A DNA stretch of 32,000 bases from Candidatus Velamenicoccus archaeovorus (lineage in GTDB: Bacteria > Omnitrophota > Gorgyraeia > Velamenicoccales > Velamenicoccaceae): positions 1,830,001-1,862,000 of the forward strand of contig NZ_CP019384.1 of assembly GCF_004102945.1 (NCBI RefSeq), written 5' to 3'. Shown in pieces: positions 23,387-31,242 of this stretch (its first letter is position 1; every line of letters starts with the position of its first letter). The notes beneath the pieces were generated by a model that was given only the letters and a program-made list of their open reading frames with translations, had not been told where the DNA came from and made no database searches. The position numbers were made by a program, and so were the translations under genes.

Positions 23387-24707
23387 GTTCGTATTTTTCG
23401 GTTATTAATTTCTCGATCTTTGACAGCGTTATATTTATGTTGTAAAGAGTGGCTTCCTTATTCAATCTTTGGTTAGTCAAAGAAAGTTCCGCAATATTGA
23501 GGTCGGTGATACTGACCTGACCTGAAGAAAACATCTCTTGCGTTTGTTTGAAGGCCTCTTCGGCAAGGCTCACTGCTTCAATGTTTGCCTTAAGATTATC
23601 CTTATACTGTTGGTATTCTAAGTAGGCTTTTTTAAGCTCCAGCAGTAGATTTCTTTCTACTTGTTTTTTCCTGAGAACGGCAATTTCTTTATTCGCTTTG
23701 GCTTGACTCAGTTGAGCTTCTTTTATTCCTCCTTCCCAAATCGGGATACTTACCTTAAGACCGGCGGCAGAGTAATTATCAAGCTCATCTTTTTTCAAAA
23801 AACTATTTTCATTGGAATCCCCTTTGTAATTCATAGAAGCAAAAGCAGAAATCGTAGGTAAAAAACTGGCGTATTTACTCTTTACGCTTGCTTCGGCAGA
23901 ATCGATTGATTTCTCAAGCCCCTGCAAAGAAGGCTCGTATGCATACATAGCACTCACCAGCGTTTCATAATTAAAATCTGTGTATTGTTCTTGAAAATTT
24001 CCCTCAAGTTCAATCTTCCGGTCAAAATCAACATCAATAACCCTTCTTAATGTTTCGATGGCCGCATCAAATTGTGTGCGGGCTTCATTGACTGCCGGAA
24101 TCCTAGCCGCGACATCAGCATTTATTTTAACAATTTCATATTTCGAGCTACGACCTCCGTAAGAGCGTTGACCGATTAACTTTTTATTTTCAAGAACATC
24201 GGCATATGATTTCTCGGCTATAGATAGGGTATTTTTAGCAAGAAGACAGCTATAGTAGCTTAATTTTGCGGCAAAAATCACATCTTGTCTGCTTGCTTCC
24301 CTATTCAAACGAGTCGCTTCAACAGCATTCTTAGCTGAATCTATTGCATACATCACTTTGCCAAACGACCAAATAAGCTGTGAAGCGCTTATGCCGTTAT
24401 CTAAGGAATGATCGTGATACTTACCGGTGGCTTTATCCGGATAATCCATATTGTTTGTCCAAACAGATTGGCCGCTGATATGCGGTAACGCCTCTGAGCG
24501 GACTTCCCCGTAAACACCTTTACTTTTCTTAATCTCGCTATCCTTTATCTTTAATTCTTCACTAGTATCCAGCGCCCTCTGAACGGTTTCCTCAAGGCTA
24601 ATCTTTAAAACGGTTTCCTCTCGGGAATTATCCGCATAAGCGCCAACGTTAAAGGTAAGCGCAACAATAGTGCTTAAGCTTGTAATAAATACAGATAGTT
24701 TTTTCAT
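23373..24707 (-). CDS. TolC-family outer membrane efflux protein
   Basis: About 444 aa from ATG 24707 (the ORF-track start 24713 is GTG). Signal peptide MKKLSVFITSLSTIVALTFNVGAYA. Two OEP-like repeats with coiled-coil character. Confidence 0.85.
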   Translation of the reverse strand: MKKLSVFITSLSTIVALTFNVGAYADNSREETVLKISLEETVQRALDTSEELKIKDSEIKKSKGVYGEVRSEALPHISGQSVWTNNMDYPDKATGKYHDHSLDNGISASQLIWSFGKVMYAIDSAKNAVEATRLNREASRQDVIFAAKLSYYSCLLAKNTLSIAEKSYADVLENKKLIGQRSYGGRSSKYEIVKINADVAARIPAVNEARTQFDAAIETLRRVIDVDFDRKIELEGNFQEQYTDFNYETLVSAMYAYEPSLQGLEKSIDSAEASVKSKYASFLPTISAFASMNYKGDSNENSFLKKDELDNYSAAGLKVSIPIWEGGIKEAQLSQAKANKEIAVLRKKQVERNLLLELKKAYLEYQQYKDNLKANIEAVSLAEEAFKQTQEMFSSGQVSITDLNIAELSLTNQRLNKEATLYNINITLSKIEKLITEKYEHEKL

Positions 24708-24775
24708 TATCACACCGTCACCCTAATATTAATCACGAAACCCTCTATTACGCTGCTCGTGAACATTCTATCAAT

Positions 24776-24828
24776 TTGTGAACAACTGTTCACAAATAAA
24801 GCATACCATTCATTTAGTGGCTTGTCAA
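24776..24828 (-). promoter_or_regulatory. Promoter plus palindromic TetR-type operator of the efflux operon
   Basis: Minus strand TTGACA (24828-24823), 17 nt, TATGCT (24805-24800). This is followed by the perfect palindrome TTGTGAACAACTGTTCACAA (24776-24795). Confidence 0.6.
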
Positions 24829-24876
24829 GGTAAATGATTTTGTAAAGAGTTCTCTGAGGAAATACTAAAAGGCAGG

Positions 24877-25488
24877 TTATTTACTTGCGGCACCGTATAG
24901 AAACAACCTAAGAATTGTATCGGATAGACCTACTAAACTTTCTTCTTTTCTTTTTTTCTTTTGTAACCACTTAAGAGTAATCGTTTTTAAAATAGATTCG
25001 AGCACATTGCTGATTTGCTCCGGGTCAAAATTACTATTAACAACCCCTTGCCCTTGCGCCTCCTTCAGCAGGCTTTCCGTGTATTCTTGCAATTGCAAGC
25101 CAATGGATGATTTTAAGAATCTTGTTTCAATGTATGACTCACTACCCTCCGAGACAAATATCTGAAAAAAATCCTGATTTTTCTCGAAGAAAACTAAACT
25201 TTCCTGTATAAAAATCTCCAGCTTCTTTTTCGAATCTTTCACTTGCCCTACTTTCTCTTTAATCAAAGCTAATAAGCACTTTAACTTTTCTTCAAGCAAA
25301 GCAAAATAAAGAGTGTCCTTGTTCTTAAAATGTAGATAAACCGTCCCCGTTCCGTATTGAGCTTCTTTTGCGATATCTCTTATTGTTGCCTTGTGATATC
25401 CTTTCAAAGCAAATACATGCTCTGCCGCTTTGAAAATGTCGGATCTGCGTAATTGCCTATCTCTCTCTTTTCTATTTAATATAGCCAT
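24877..25488 (-). CDS. TetR/AcrR family transcriptional regulator
   Basis: 203 aa. N-terminal HTH IFKAAEHVFALKGYHKATIRDIAKEAQYGTGTVYLHFKNKDTLY. RBS GAGGGGG. Confidence 0.9.
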   Translation of the reverse strand: MAILNRKERDRQLRRSDIFKAAEHVFALKGYHKATIRDIAKEAQYGTGTVYLHFKNKDTLYFALLEEKLKCLLALIKEKVGQVKDSKKKLEIFIQESLVFFEKNQDFFQIFVSEGSESYIETRFLKSSIGLQLQEYTESLLKEAQGQGVVNSNFDPEQISNVLESILKTITLKWLQKKKRKEESLVGLSDTILRLFLYGAASK

Positions 25489-25517
25489 TTATCCCCCTCA
25501 CGAACACTGTTTAATTA

Positions 25518-25568
25518 ATGAACAATGGTTCATAAATAGAATATACCATCTATTTTTACTTTTGTCAA
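25518..25568 (-). promoter_or_regulatory. Promoter plus near-palindromic operator of the tetR gene
   Basis: Minus strand TTGACA (25568-25563), 17 nt, TATATT (25545-25540), then ATGAACAATGGTTCAT (25518-25533, one mismatch). The ~47-nt module matches the module at 24771-24817 at 34 of 47 positions (hand alignment). Confidence 0.6.
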
Positions 25569-25684
25569 ATCAAACCCAGCAGTACTCTGTTTATTCCTTA
25601 AAATAAAATTTCCGTAGCTATCCATGTATATGCCCGTGGAACTCACAGCAGGTATTGGGCTTTCTTTACTACGACTATTTCTTT

Positions 25685-25951
25685 TTATAAAACCGACTCC
25701 TGCAATTTTCCGGTCATGACATCCAGCATCTGAAAATGCGTAACGCCCGCATCCTTCCACTGCTGTTCGATCGTGATCGACCATTTACCCAGCGGCATGA
25801 CCCGCTGGATCTCCCGCAGACGCAACTTTGCGGCCGGAAGATGATCCCGCATCCGGCCCGACACCGGAATGTTTTCGACGTACGTCTCCTCGCCGCCGTT
25901 CCTGACGCTGATATACCGCGTCTTTTTTGCCGTCATGTTTTCACGAACCAT
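25685..25951 (-). CDS. Hypothetical protein
   Basis: The ORF-track ORF is 25685..25984. The start was moved to ATG 25951 (MVRENMTAKKTRYISV...), which has AAGGAGG 8 nt upstream. No family recognised. Confidence 0.5.
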   Translation of the reverse strand: MVRENMTAKKTRYISVRNGGEETYVENIPVSGRMRDHLPAAKLRLREIQRVMPLGKWSITIEQQWKDAGVTHFQMLDVMTGKLQESVL

Positions 25952-26013
25952 AATCATCCCCTCCTTTCGAGGGTATAGGGCCATACGGTTTAATAGTTGG
26001 CAAGGCCTTTGTC

Positions 26014-26346
26014 TTAGAAATCTACCCGCACCCCGGCCTTGGCTCCGACCCCTTTTCGGTCATCGGATTCAGCGAAACCGTACCCCTCGACAAACGGATG
26101 AACCTCAAGCCCGGACTTCTTCTCTTCGCGCTTTTGATCAATAGTGACCTGCGCACCGGGCTGGGCGATGATATGCGTTTCCTGCTTCGTGGTTTGAGTC
26201 GGCATGAAGAAAGCCTTATAGATCGTCAATCCGATAAGCCCGATCGCCGCGATCCCGATCGCGTAACGCGCGGTCTTGACCCACGGCAACCACTGAACAA
26301 AACTTCCCAAAAACTTAAGGATGCTAAATCTTTCGTTTTCCGCCAT
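26014..26346 (-). CDS. Hypothetical membrane protein (one TM)
   Basis: 110 aa with TM segment ARYAIGIAAIGLIGLTIYKAFF. Its start overlaps the preceding small ORF. Confidence 0.55.
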   Translation of the reverse strand: MAENERFSILKFLGSFVQWLPWVKTARYAIGIAAIGLIGLTIYKAFFMPTQTTKQETHIIAQPGAQVTIDQKREEKKSGLEVHPFVEGYGFAESDDRKGVGAKAGVRVDF

Positions 26347-26443
26347 CCTGCACCTTGCCTTTTAACCACAAATAAAAGAACATCCCCAATCCCCCAACCA
26401 CCGCGCCCAGCGCGAAGGCAATAACCAGCTTGATCGTAATCAT
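26324..26443 (-). CDS. Unannotated 39-aa single-TM peptide
   Basis: Below the ORF-track cutoff. Hand translation: MITIKLVIAFALGAVVGGLGMFFYLWLKGKVQDGGKRKI. Its ATG (26443-26441) overlaps the TGA (26442-26440) of the upstream gene. Its 3' end overlaps the next gene by 23 nt. Confidence 0.45.
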   Translation of the reverse strand: MITIKLVIAFALGAVVGGLGMFFYLWLKGKVQDGGKRKI

Positions 26444-26712
26444 TGCGCCACCCCTTTCTTTAAGTCCTTCCTCAGCTCATCAATCGCCTTGATGATCCGG
26501 TCGTTCTCCTTTTCGATAAACCGGCTCTGCATATCGAACTCGGCCTTGGACACATACAAGGCCCGCGGCATGTGAATCTCGTCATTCGCCAGATGATGAA
26601 ACAGTTTCTCATCGATGCGGTTGACCTGCGTAATGATCGTGCCGAGCATGAAAATAACGATCGTCACCAATACCGGCGTGATGAACCTTGTCCAGTTTCC
26701 TTCACTCTTCAT
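26440..26712 (-). CDS. Hypothetical membrane-anchored coiled-coil protein
   Basis: Start trimmed to ATG 26712 (MKSEGNWTRFITPVLVTIVIFMLGTIITQV...), 4 nt after the stop of the upstream 59-aa ORF. One TM plus a helical C-terminus. Confidence 0.6.
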   Translation of the reverse strand: MKSEGNWTRFITPVLVTIVIFMLGTIITQVNRIDEKLFHHLANDEIHMPRALYVSKAEFDMQSRFIEKENDRIIKAIDELRKDLKKGVAQ

Positions 26713-26716
26713 AAAC

Positions 26717-26896
26717 CTATCCGATCTTCTTGATGTCATCATCGATGAGCGCGATCTGCTCATCGATCTTCTCCCTGCGCTTCACAAACATCTGCTTCGC
26801 AGTAGTTAAACTTTCCTTCGAATGCTCCCGCTTTTCGCCGGAAGGATACGTCACAATCTTCTTGCCGTCTTTGAATTCAATTGTAGGTTTTGCCAT
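26717..26896 (-). CDS. Unannotated 59-aa hypothetical protein
   Basis: Below the ORF-track cutoff. Hand translation: MAKPTIEFKDGKKIVTYPSGEKREHSKESLTTAKQMFVKRREKIDEQIALIDDDIKKIG. Strong RBS AAGGAGGA 6 nt upstream. Confidence 0.55.
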   Translation of the reverse strand: MAKPTIEFKDGKKIVTYPSGEKREHSKESLTTAKQMFVKRREKIDEQIALIDDDIKKIG

Positions 26897-26911
26897 TTGA
26901 AATCCTCCTTT

Positions 26912-27463
26912 TTATGCCTGCCCGCCGCGAACCGGCAGAACGTAACACATATCCCAAGGTCTGCCCCATGTCGTTTTGTACCCGTCATACGGATACATAC
27001 ACCACGCACCATCTGTCCAAGATACACAAACAGTTGAAGACCAATATGGCGTCCACATATCAGGCATAGGGGTAAAAACCATCGGATCAAACGCAGGGCT
27101 GTATCTTGAATGATCCACAATCGACATCAACTCATTAATATTCGGCATGCGCCAATCGTCATGCCCTGCAAAGAAAAGATTCTCACATGCATTAATCGCG
27201 TCATACCAGTACATCGTCATTCCAAACCCGGCCATCTGCAAATCCTTGACCCACATAAGGCCGGTCACGGTATCGACTACCGTCCCGTCACCGTTATCAA
27301 TAAACCTTTGACCTCCGCCAAGCGGATACCCCATCTGGTAATAGCCGTCATCACCCATCTGATAACTCATCATCTGCCCGGTTTTCGGCAGACCGCCATT
27401 CGTGACGATTTCATTGACCCGGGTGATGATCCGGTTCTTTTTCTGGTGTTTAATATGATCCAT
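26912..27463 (-). CDS. DUF1566 (Lcl C-terminal-like) domain protein
   Basis: 183 aa. TGLMWVKD...MTMYWYDAINACENLFFAGHDDWRMPNINELMSIV matches the DUF1566 pattern. RBS AAAGGAGGG. Confidence 0.8.
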   Translation of the reverse strand: MDHIKHQKKNRIITRVNEIVTNGGLPKTGQMMSYQMGDDGYYQMGYPLGGGQRFIDNGDGTVVDTVTGLMWVKDLQMAGFGMTMYWYDAINACENLFFAGHDDWRMPNINELMSIVDHSRYSPAFDPMVFTPMPDMWTPYWSSTVCVSWTDGAWCMYPYDGYKTTWGRPWDMCYVLPVRGGQA

Positions 27464-27477
27464 TTTGCGCCCTCCTT

Positions 27478-27768
27478 TTAACCTTCGTAAGTGACCGTAA
27501 TTTTTCCGTCATCATCGCCCGCCTTTATCACTCTAAAATCCTTGATGTGATAAATCGACGGAAGCTCAACGATATCGCCCTCCTCCAAAAGCACGCCCGA
27601 TGCCGCGCTCGGATTCTGGCCGTTGACGAAATATCGCATGTCACCGCCCTCGGCCGTAATCATCGCAAACGATGCCGAAACCCCGTTGCCCGGGTTATAA
27701 ACCGCCGGGGTCAATGCCACGGCCATACCACTGACCACAATTTCTTCATGATTGATAACTTTTGCCAT
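27478..27768 (-). CDS. Hypothetical 96-aa protein
   Basis: RBS AAGGAGGGA. Beta-rich sequence with no family recognised. Tightly packed between the rSAM and DUF1566 genes. Confidence 0.65.
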   Translation of the reverse strand: MAKVINHEEIVVSGMAVALTPAVYNPGNGVSASFAMITAEGGDMRYFVNGQNPSAASGVLLEEGDIVELPSIYHIKDFRVIKAGDDDGKITVTYEG

Positions 27769-27780
27769 TGCCGTCCCTCC

Positions 27781-28944
27781 TTATGTTTTCTTTAACGCTT
27801 CCAAGATTTCCTCGTTCTGTTTGGCCACATCCACCAAGACCTGCCCGACTGTGAAAAGCATGCGCTCCCGCCTGTCCGCCAGCTCGACCGGCAGAAAGCC
27901 CAGCGCCTGCTCGCTTTCGACCGCACATATCCGGCAGTATTTCGTAACCGGAACAGTCAGCTCCTGATTGACCTTGTAGTGCGTGATCACGCAACTGTGG
28001 CAGGTCCGAGCGTGCGGGCAGTTTTTCCAGCATCCGGTGTACTCCTTGTCGATATTGAGGAATATTCCGCGGATAAACGGTCGCACCTCGAAGATATTCC
28101 CCAGCTTAAATATTCGCGCGCTCGCCGCCCTGTGGCATGGATAAACGTCGCCGTTCTCCAGAACCGCGATATAGGTCTTGCCCGCCTGACAGTATTCCTT
28201 CTCCGGCGGCACCTCATCATTGACGATCTTGAGCGGTTTATCGATAAACGCAATCTCGATCGGCAGGCCCTGCCGCTTGCAGTACCGGCGATAGTGATAA
28301 ATCTGCGTCAGTTGATAACGGTATTGCTCGACCGCATCCTGAGTCCAATCCTCTTCCATGACCGCGTGATGCATGATCTTCGTAATGCCCAGCTCGTGCA
28401 GGTACTGCACGTTGATCGCCAACCGCCCGACCGTCTTGGGCGTAAACGTCATCCGAACACTCATATCCGGTTTGATGGCCAGAATTTTCTTTATGTTTTC
28501 GATAATGCGCGGATAGTCGCCGTGCCGGTATTCGGTATGCGTGATCTCATCGCCGTCACAACTGACCTGAACTGCCATTCCCAGCTCGGCAAATTTCTTG
28601 AACACCGTCTCATCGAAATACATGCCGTTTGTTGATATCGAAAAGGTCGAGGTGTGCCGCCCGTCTTTATCCGGCGACCACAGCTCCCGGGCATAAAGAG
28701 CCAGCTCCAAAACTGTCTGTGGATACAGAAGCGGCTCACCGCCGAAGAACGTTATCTGCAGGCCCGCAGGGCTTATTTCCTTCATCCGGGCAAGAATCTT
28801 CTTTCCCTGCTCGACCGACAGCACCGCCTCACCCTTAGGATGAAAACAGTAATCGCATTTCATGTTGCACTGTTCAGTGATGAACAGATCGATGCTCTTT
28901 ATTTCGTCTTTGGATTTGCCGCCGACCAATTCCGCGTTAGACAT
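27781..28944 (-). CDS. Radical SAM/SPASM domain protein (third of three)
   Basis: CX3CX2C as EQCNMKCDYCFH; GGEPLL. C-terminal SPASM-type Cys clusters (CQAGKTYIAVLENGDVYPC; GCWKNCPHARTCHSC; YCRIC). The ORF-track start 28989 is TTG. ATG 28944 (MSNAELVGG) with GGGAGAAAG upstream is used here. Confidence 0.9.
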   Translation of the reverse strand: MSNAELVGGKSKDEIKSIDLFITEQCNMKCDYCFHPKGEAVLSVEQGKKILARMKEISPAGLQITFFGGEPLLYPQTVLELALYARELWSPDKDGRHTSTFSISTNGMYFDETVFKKFAELGMAVQVSCDGDEITHTEYRHGDYPRIIENIKKILAIKPDMSVRMTFTPKTVGRLAINVQYLHELGITKIMHHAVMEEDWTQDAVEQYRYQLTQIYHYRRYCKRQGLPIEIAFIDKPLKIVNDEVPPEKEYCQAGKTYIAVLENGDVYPCHRAASARIFKLGNIFEVRPFIRGIFLNIDKEYTGCWKNCPHARTCHSCVITHYKVNQELTVPVTKYCRICAVESEQALGFLPVELADRRERMLFTVGQVLVDVAKQNEEILEALKKT

Positions 28945-30022
28945 GAACTTTCTCCCGTTTCTCTTTTTCCAATTGGATATATTTATCAATGACCTTGGCC
29001 AGAACCTTGTTCATGGCGCAGTAGCCCGGCTCGGGCTTTAACATGTCACCCATATGCTCAAGGTTAAGGCCCAGACATTTATTGCGCGGGCACCGCTTGT
29101 ACAGCTCGCAACTCTCGCAAAATCTGCCCAGATACTTCTCGCGGCTCTCATCGATCTCCCAAACGTAATCCAGCTTCGAATAATCGATGCCGTCATAAAC
29201 CGATCCCAGCCGGTTATGCCTGCAGATGTACATGTTGTCGCACTGCCAGATACCGCCTTCGGTATCGATAAAAATCCGCTCAAGGCCCGTCCGGCAAAAG
29301 TGAAACTCTCGTACCTGCGCCTTAAGCCCGAACTCCCGCACATAGGCGTTGCTGTGAAGAGCCGGATTAAGCGTCTGAAAAAGCTCCGCGTCTTTTTCGT
29401 GCTCGATAAGAAGTTCGAAATACTGCGCCGCGAACCTCTCCAAATCCTCTTGGCTGTGATCGTGTCGGGTTGCAAGGTCGATCGTGATATTGCGGGTGAT
29501 ATTCCGCGCGATAAAATCAAAATCCTCTTTCAGTTTCCCGTATTCAACGACCATGAAATTGACGTTATGGTTCGGGTTTTCTCTTACCAGCTTCAGCATC
29601 CACGGCTCTGCCTCGGCCTTCCAATGAGGCCCGCCGTATTTCTCATAGCAATTTCCGAACGACCATGTGATCCCGATGTTGCGATGCCGCGCGAAAAACT
29701 CATACATCCGCTCATCAATCAATGCGCCATTGGTGTTCATGTGAAACAGCATCTGCGGGAACCTCTCCATCACATGCCGGATGACCTCGAAATTCACCGT
29801 CGGCTCGCCTCCCCAAAAGTAGATCGTGAATTTGGGTGCCAGCTGAAGTTTTGAGAAACAAAAGTCCAGAATATCGTCCGCGGTCTGTTTCGACATCTTC
29901 ACCGGCCCGAGCGTCGATACCTTGTGCCTCTCGAACAAACCTCTGCGGTAACAGAACGAACAATTCGCATTGCACGCGTGCGTGAGATATAAATAAACCG
30001 ATTTATAGAGAGGGATCCTCAT
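28937..30022 (-). CDS. Radical SAM/SPASM domain protein (second of three)
   Basis: 361 aa. CX3CX2C as HACNANCSFCY; GGEPT. SPASM Cys clusters (FCRTGLERIFIDTEGGIWQC; CESCELYKRCPRNKC; YCAMN). ATGA overlap with the upstream rSAM gene. Confidence 0.9.
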   Translation of the reverse strand: MRIPLYKSVYLYLTHACNANCSFCYRRGLFERHKVSTLGPVKMSKQTADDILDFCFSKLQLAPKFTIYFWGGEPTVNFEVIRHVMERFPQMLFHMNTNGALIDERMYEFFARHRNIGITWSFGNCYEKYGGPHWKAEAEPWMLKLVRENPNHNVNFMVVEYGKLKEDFDFIARNITRNITIDLATRHDHSQEDLERFAAQYFELLIEHEKDAELFQTLNPALHSNAYVREFGLKAQVREFHFCRTGLERIFIDTEGGIWQCDNMYICRHNRLGSVYDGIDYSKLDYVWEIDESREKYLGRFCESCELYKRCPRNKCLGLNLEHMGDMLKPEPGYCAMNKVLAKVIDKYIQLEKEKREKVHV

Positions 30023-31242
30023 TTGCGCACCGCCCCCTTGTGATACAGCACGTCGATACCGGTCTCGATCGCCTTCTTGGCGATGTATTCATATGTGGCC
30101 GTTTCAATCCGGTTCGCCCAGCAGTGATTCGCCGCCGGTTTCAATGGATTGCCGGTCACGGTGTAATTCTCAGCCAAGCACATTGCCCGCGGGCAACAGC
30201 GGATATCGCCGTCAAAACAAACCTCGCAATCCCTGCAATGCTCGTAAAGCTCATCGATCCAATCGCCCATCTTTTTGAAAAAGAATGCCGTATCGTTAAA
30301 CCCGCTCCACACATCCCCGATCTTGAACTCCGGATAATTGGCAAAAAAATCGCACGGGTATATCTCGCCCTTGTTATTCACAGCCAGATACAGATACCCG
30401 CACCCGCAAAACGTGGGCGGCACGTCCTTGAGCGCGATACCTTTCAACTTGCGATAAATGTTGTTTTTTAACGCAATATCCCATTGACTCCGTCCGAACT
30501 TCGGCTTGCCTGAAAAGTAAACGTAATCCGCAACGCGCCTAAACAAGTCCTTGAACTGCTCGTTCTTGTCCCTGACCATATCCCAATGCCGGGCCGAGGA
30601 TATCCGCACCACTGGCACACCGTATTCATAAAGCCTGATAATCTCCTCATAGATCCCCGGCCGCTCCGAATCATCGACCACATAATGAACGTCTCCGCCG
30701 TTGGCCTTCACAAGATCAAGCACCTCTCCTGCCTTATCCAGATATCCCTCTCCCAGAACGCCGCGCAAAGCCGATATGCTGACGCTCAAATTGAGGTGGT
30801 ATTTATGCCTCAAAACCCATTCCCGAATGCCCGGATCATTCAAAAGAACCAACCCGTTTGTTGTCACCACATAGCGGTACATGCAATAGGTATCGCAAAG
30901 GTACTGCACCATTGGAAAATTCAAGAACGGCTCACCGCCGAATATACTGAACTTGACGCGCCTCTCATCGAACGTGCGTGAGGCCCAGTCCTCGGCCGCA
31001 TCAATAACATCCCGCGTGATCCCGCTGTCCTTCTGCCTGAATTCCTTGGGCTGATAGCAATAAGCACAGCGCAGATTGCAGTCCTGCGTCATCAGAAAAT
31101 AAACCGTGGTGTATTCCTGCTTGCCGTCCGTTATCGAACCGATATCGAACATTCCCTCGGCCTTGTACCGCTTGATCACCTCACGGCACTGTAACGGCAA
31201 ATCGCCGCACGCCTTGCTATTCTTAAGCTCAAATACCGGCAT
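30019..31242 (-). CDS. Radical SAM/SPASM domain protein (first of three)
   Basis: 407 aa. CX3CX2C as QDCNLRCAYCY; GGEPFL. SPASM Cys clusters (FCGCGYLYLAVNNKGEIYPC; CRDCEVCFDGDIRCCPRAMC; HCW). RBS GGAGGA. It overlaps the upstream gene by 14 nt. Confidence 0.9.
   Translation of the reverse strand: MPVFELKNSKACGDLPLQCREVIKRYKAEGMFDIGSITDGKQEYTTVYFLMTQDCNLRCAYCYQPKEFRQKDSGITRDVIDAAEDWASRTFDERRVKFSIFGGEPFLNFPMVQYLCDTYCMYRYVVTTNGLVLLNDPGIREWVLRHKYHLNLSVSISALRGVLGEGYLDKAGEVLDLVKANGGDVHYVVDDSERPGIYEEIIRLYEYGVPVVRISSARHWDMVRDKNEQFKDLFRRVADYVYFSGKPKFGRSQWDIALKNNIYRKLKGIALKDVPPTFCGCGYLYLAVNNKGEIYPCDFFANYPEFKIGDVWSGFNDTAFFFKKMGDWIDELYEHCRDCEVCFDGDIRCCPRAMCLAENYTVTGNPLKPAANHCWANRIETATYEYIAKKAIETGIDVLYHKGAVRK

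Larger units (their letters stand above)
8040..25690. other. AT-rich compositional island (approximate boundaries)
   Basis: Spot counts of single 60-nt lines give 28% (8701) and 38% (12001) G+C inside, against 60% (2401) and 55% (29101) in the flanks. The shift is visible by eye at about 8.05 kb and about 25.6-25.7 kb. No integrase or transposase was seen. Confidence 0.5.

Noticed and set aside
8040-25690. Calling the AT-rich block an integrative mobile element
   Set aside because: No integrase, transposase, relaxase or clear terminal direct repeats could be found. Only a compositional island is claimed.
25530-25784. 84-aa minus-strand ORF spanning the tetR promoter region
   Set aside because: It crosses the compositional boundary and overlaps the predicted tetR promoter and the 3' end of the neighbouring gene. 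No RBS.
27979-29854. Plus-strand ORFs of 218 aa (27979-28635) and 266 aa (29054-29854) antisense to the radical SAM genes
   Set aside because: The minus strand carries unambiguous CX3CX2C and SPASM motifs with coupled starts. The plus-strand ORFs are Arg/Asp/Leu-rich shadows with no motifs.
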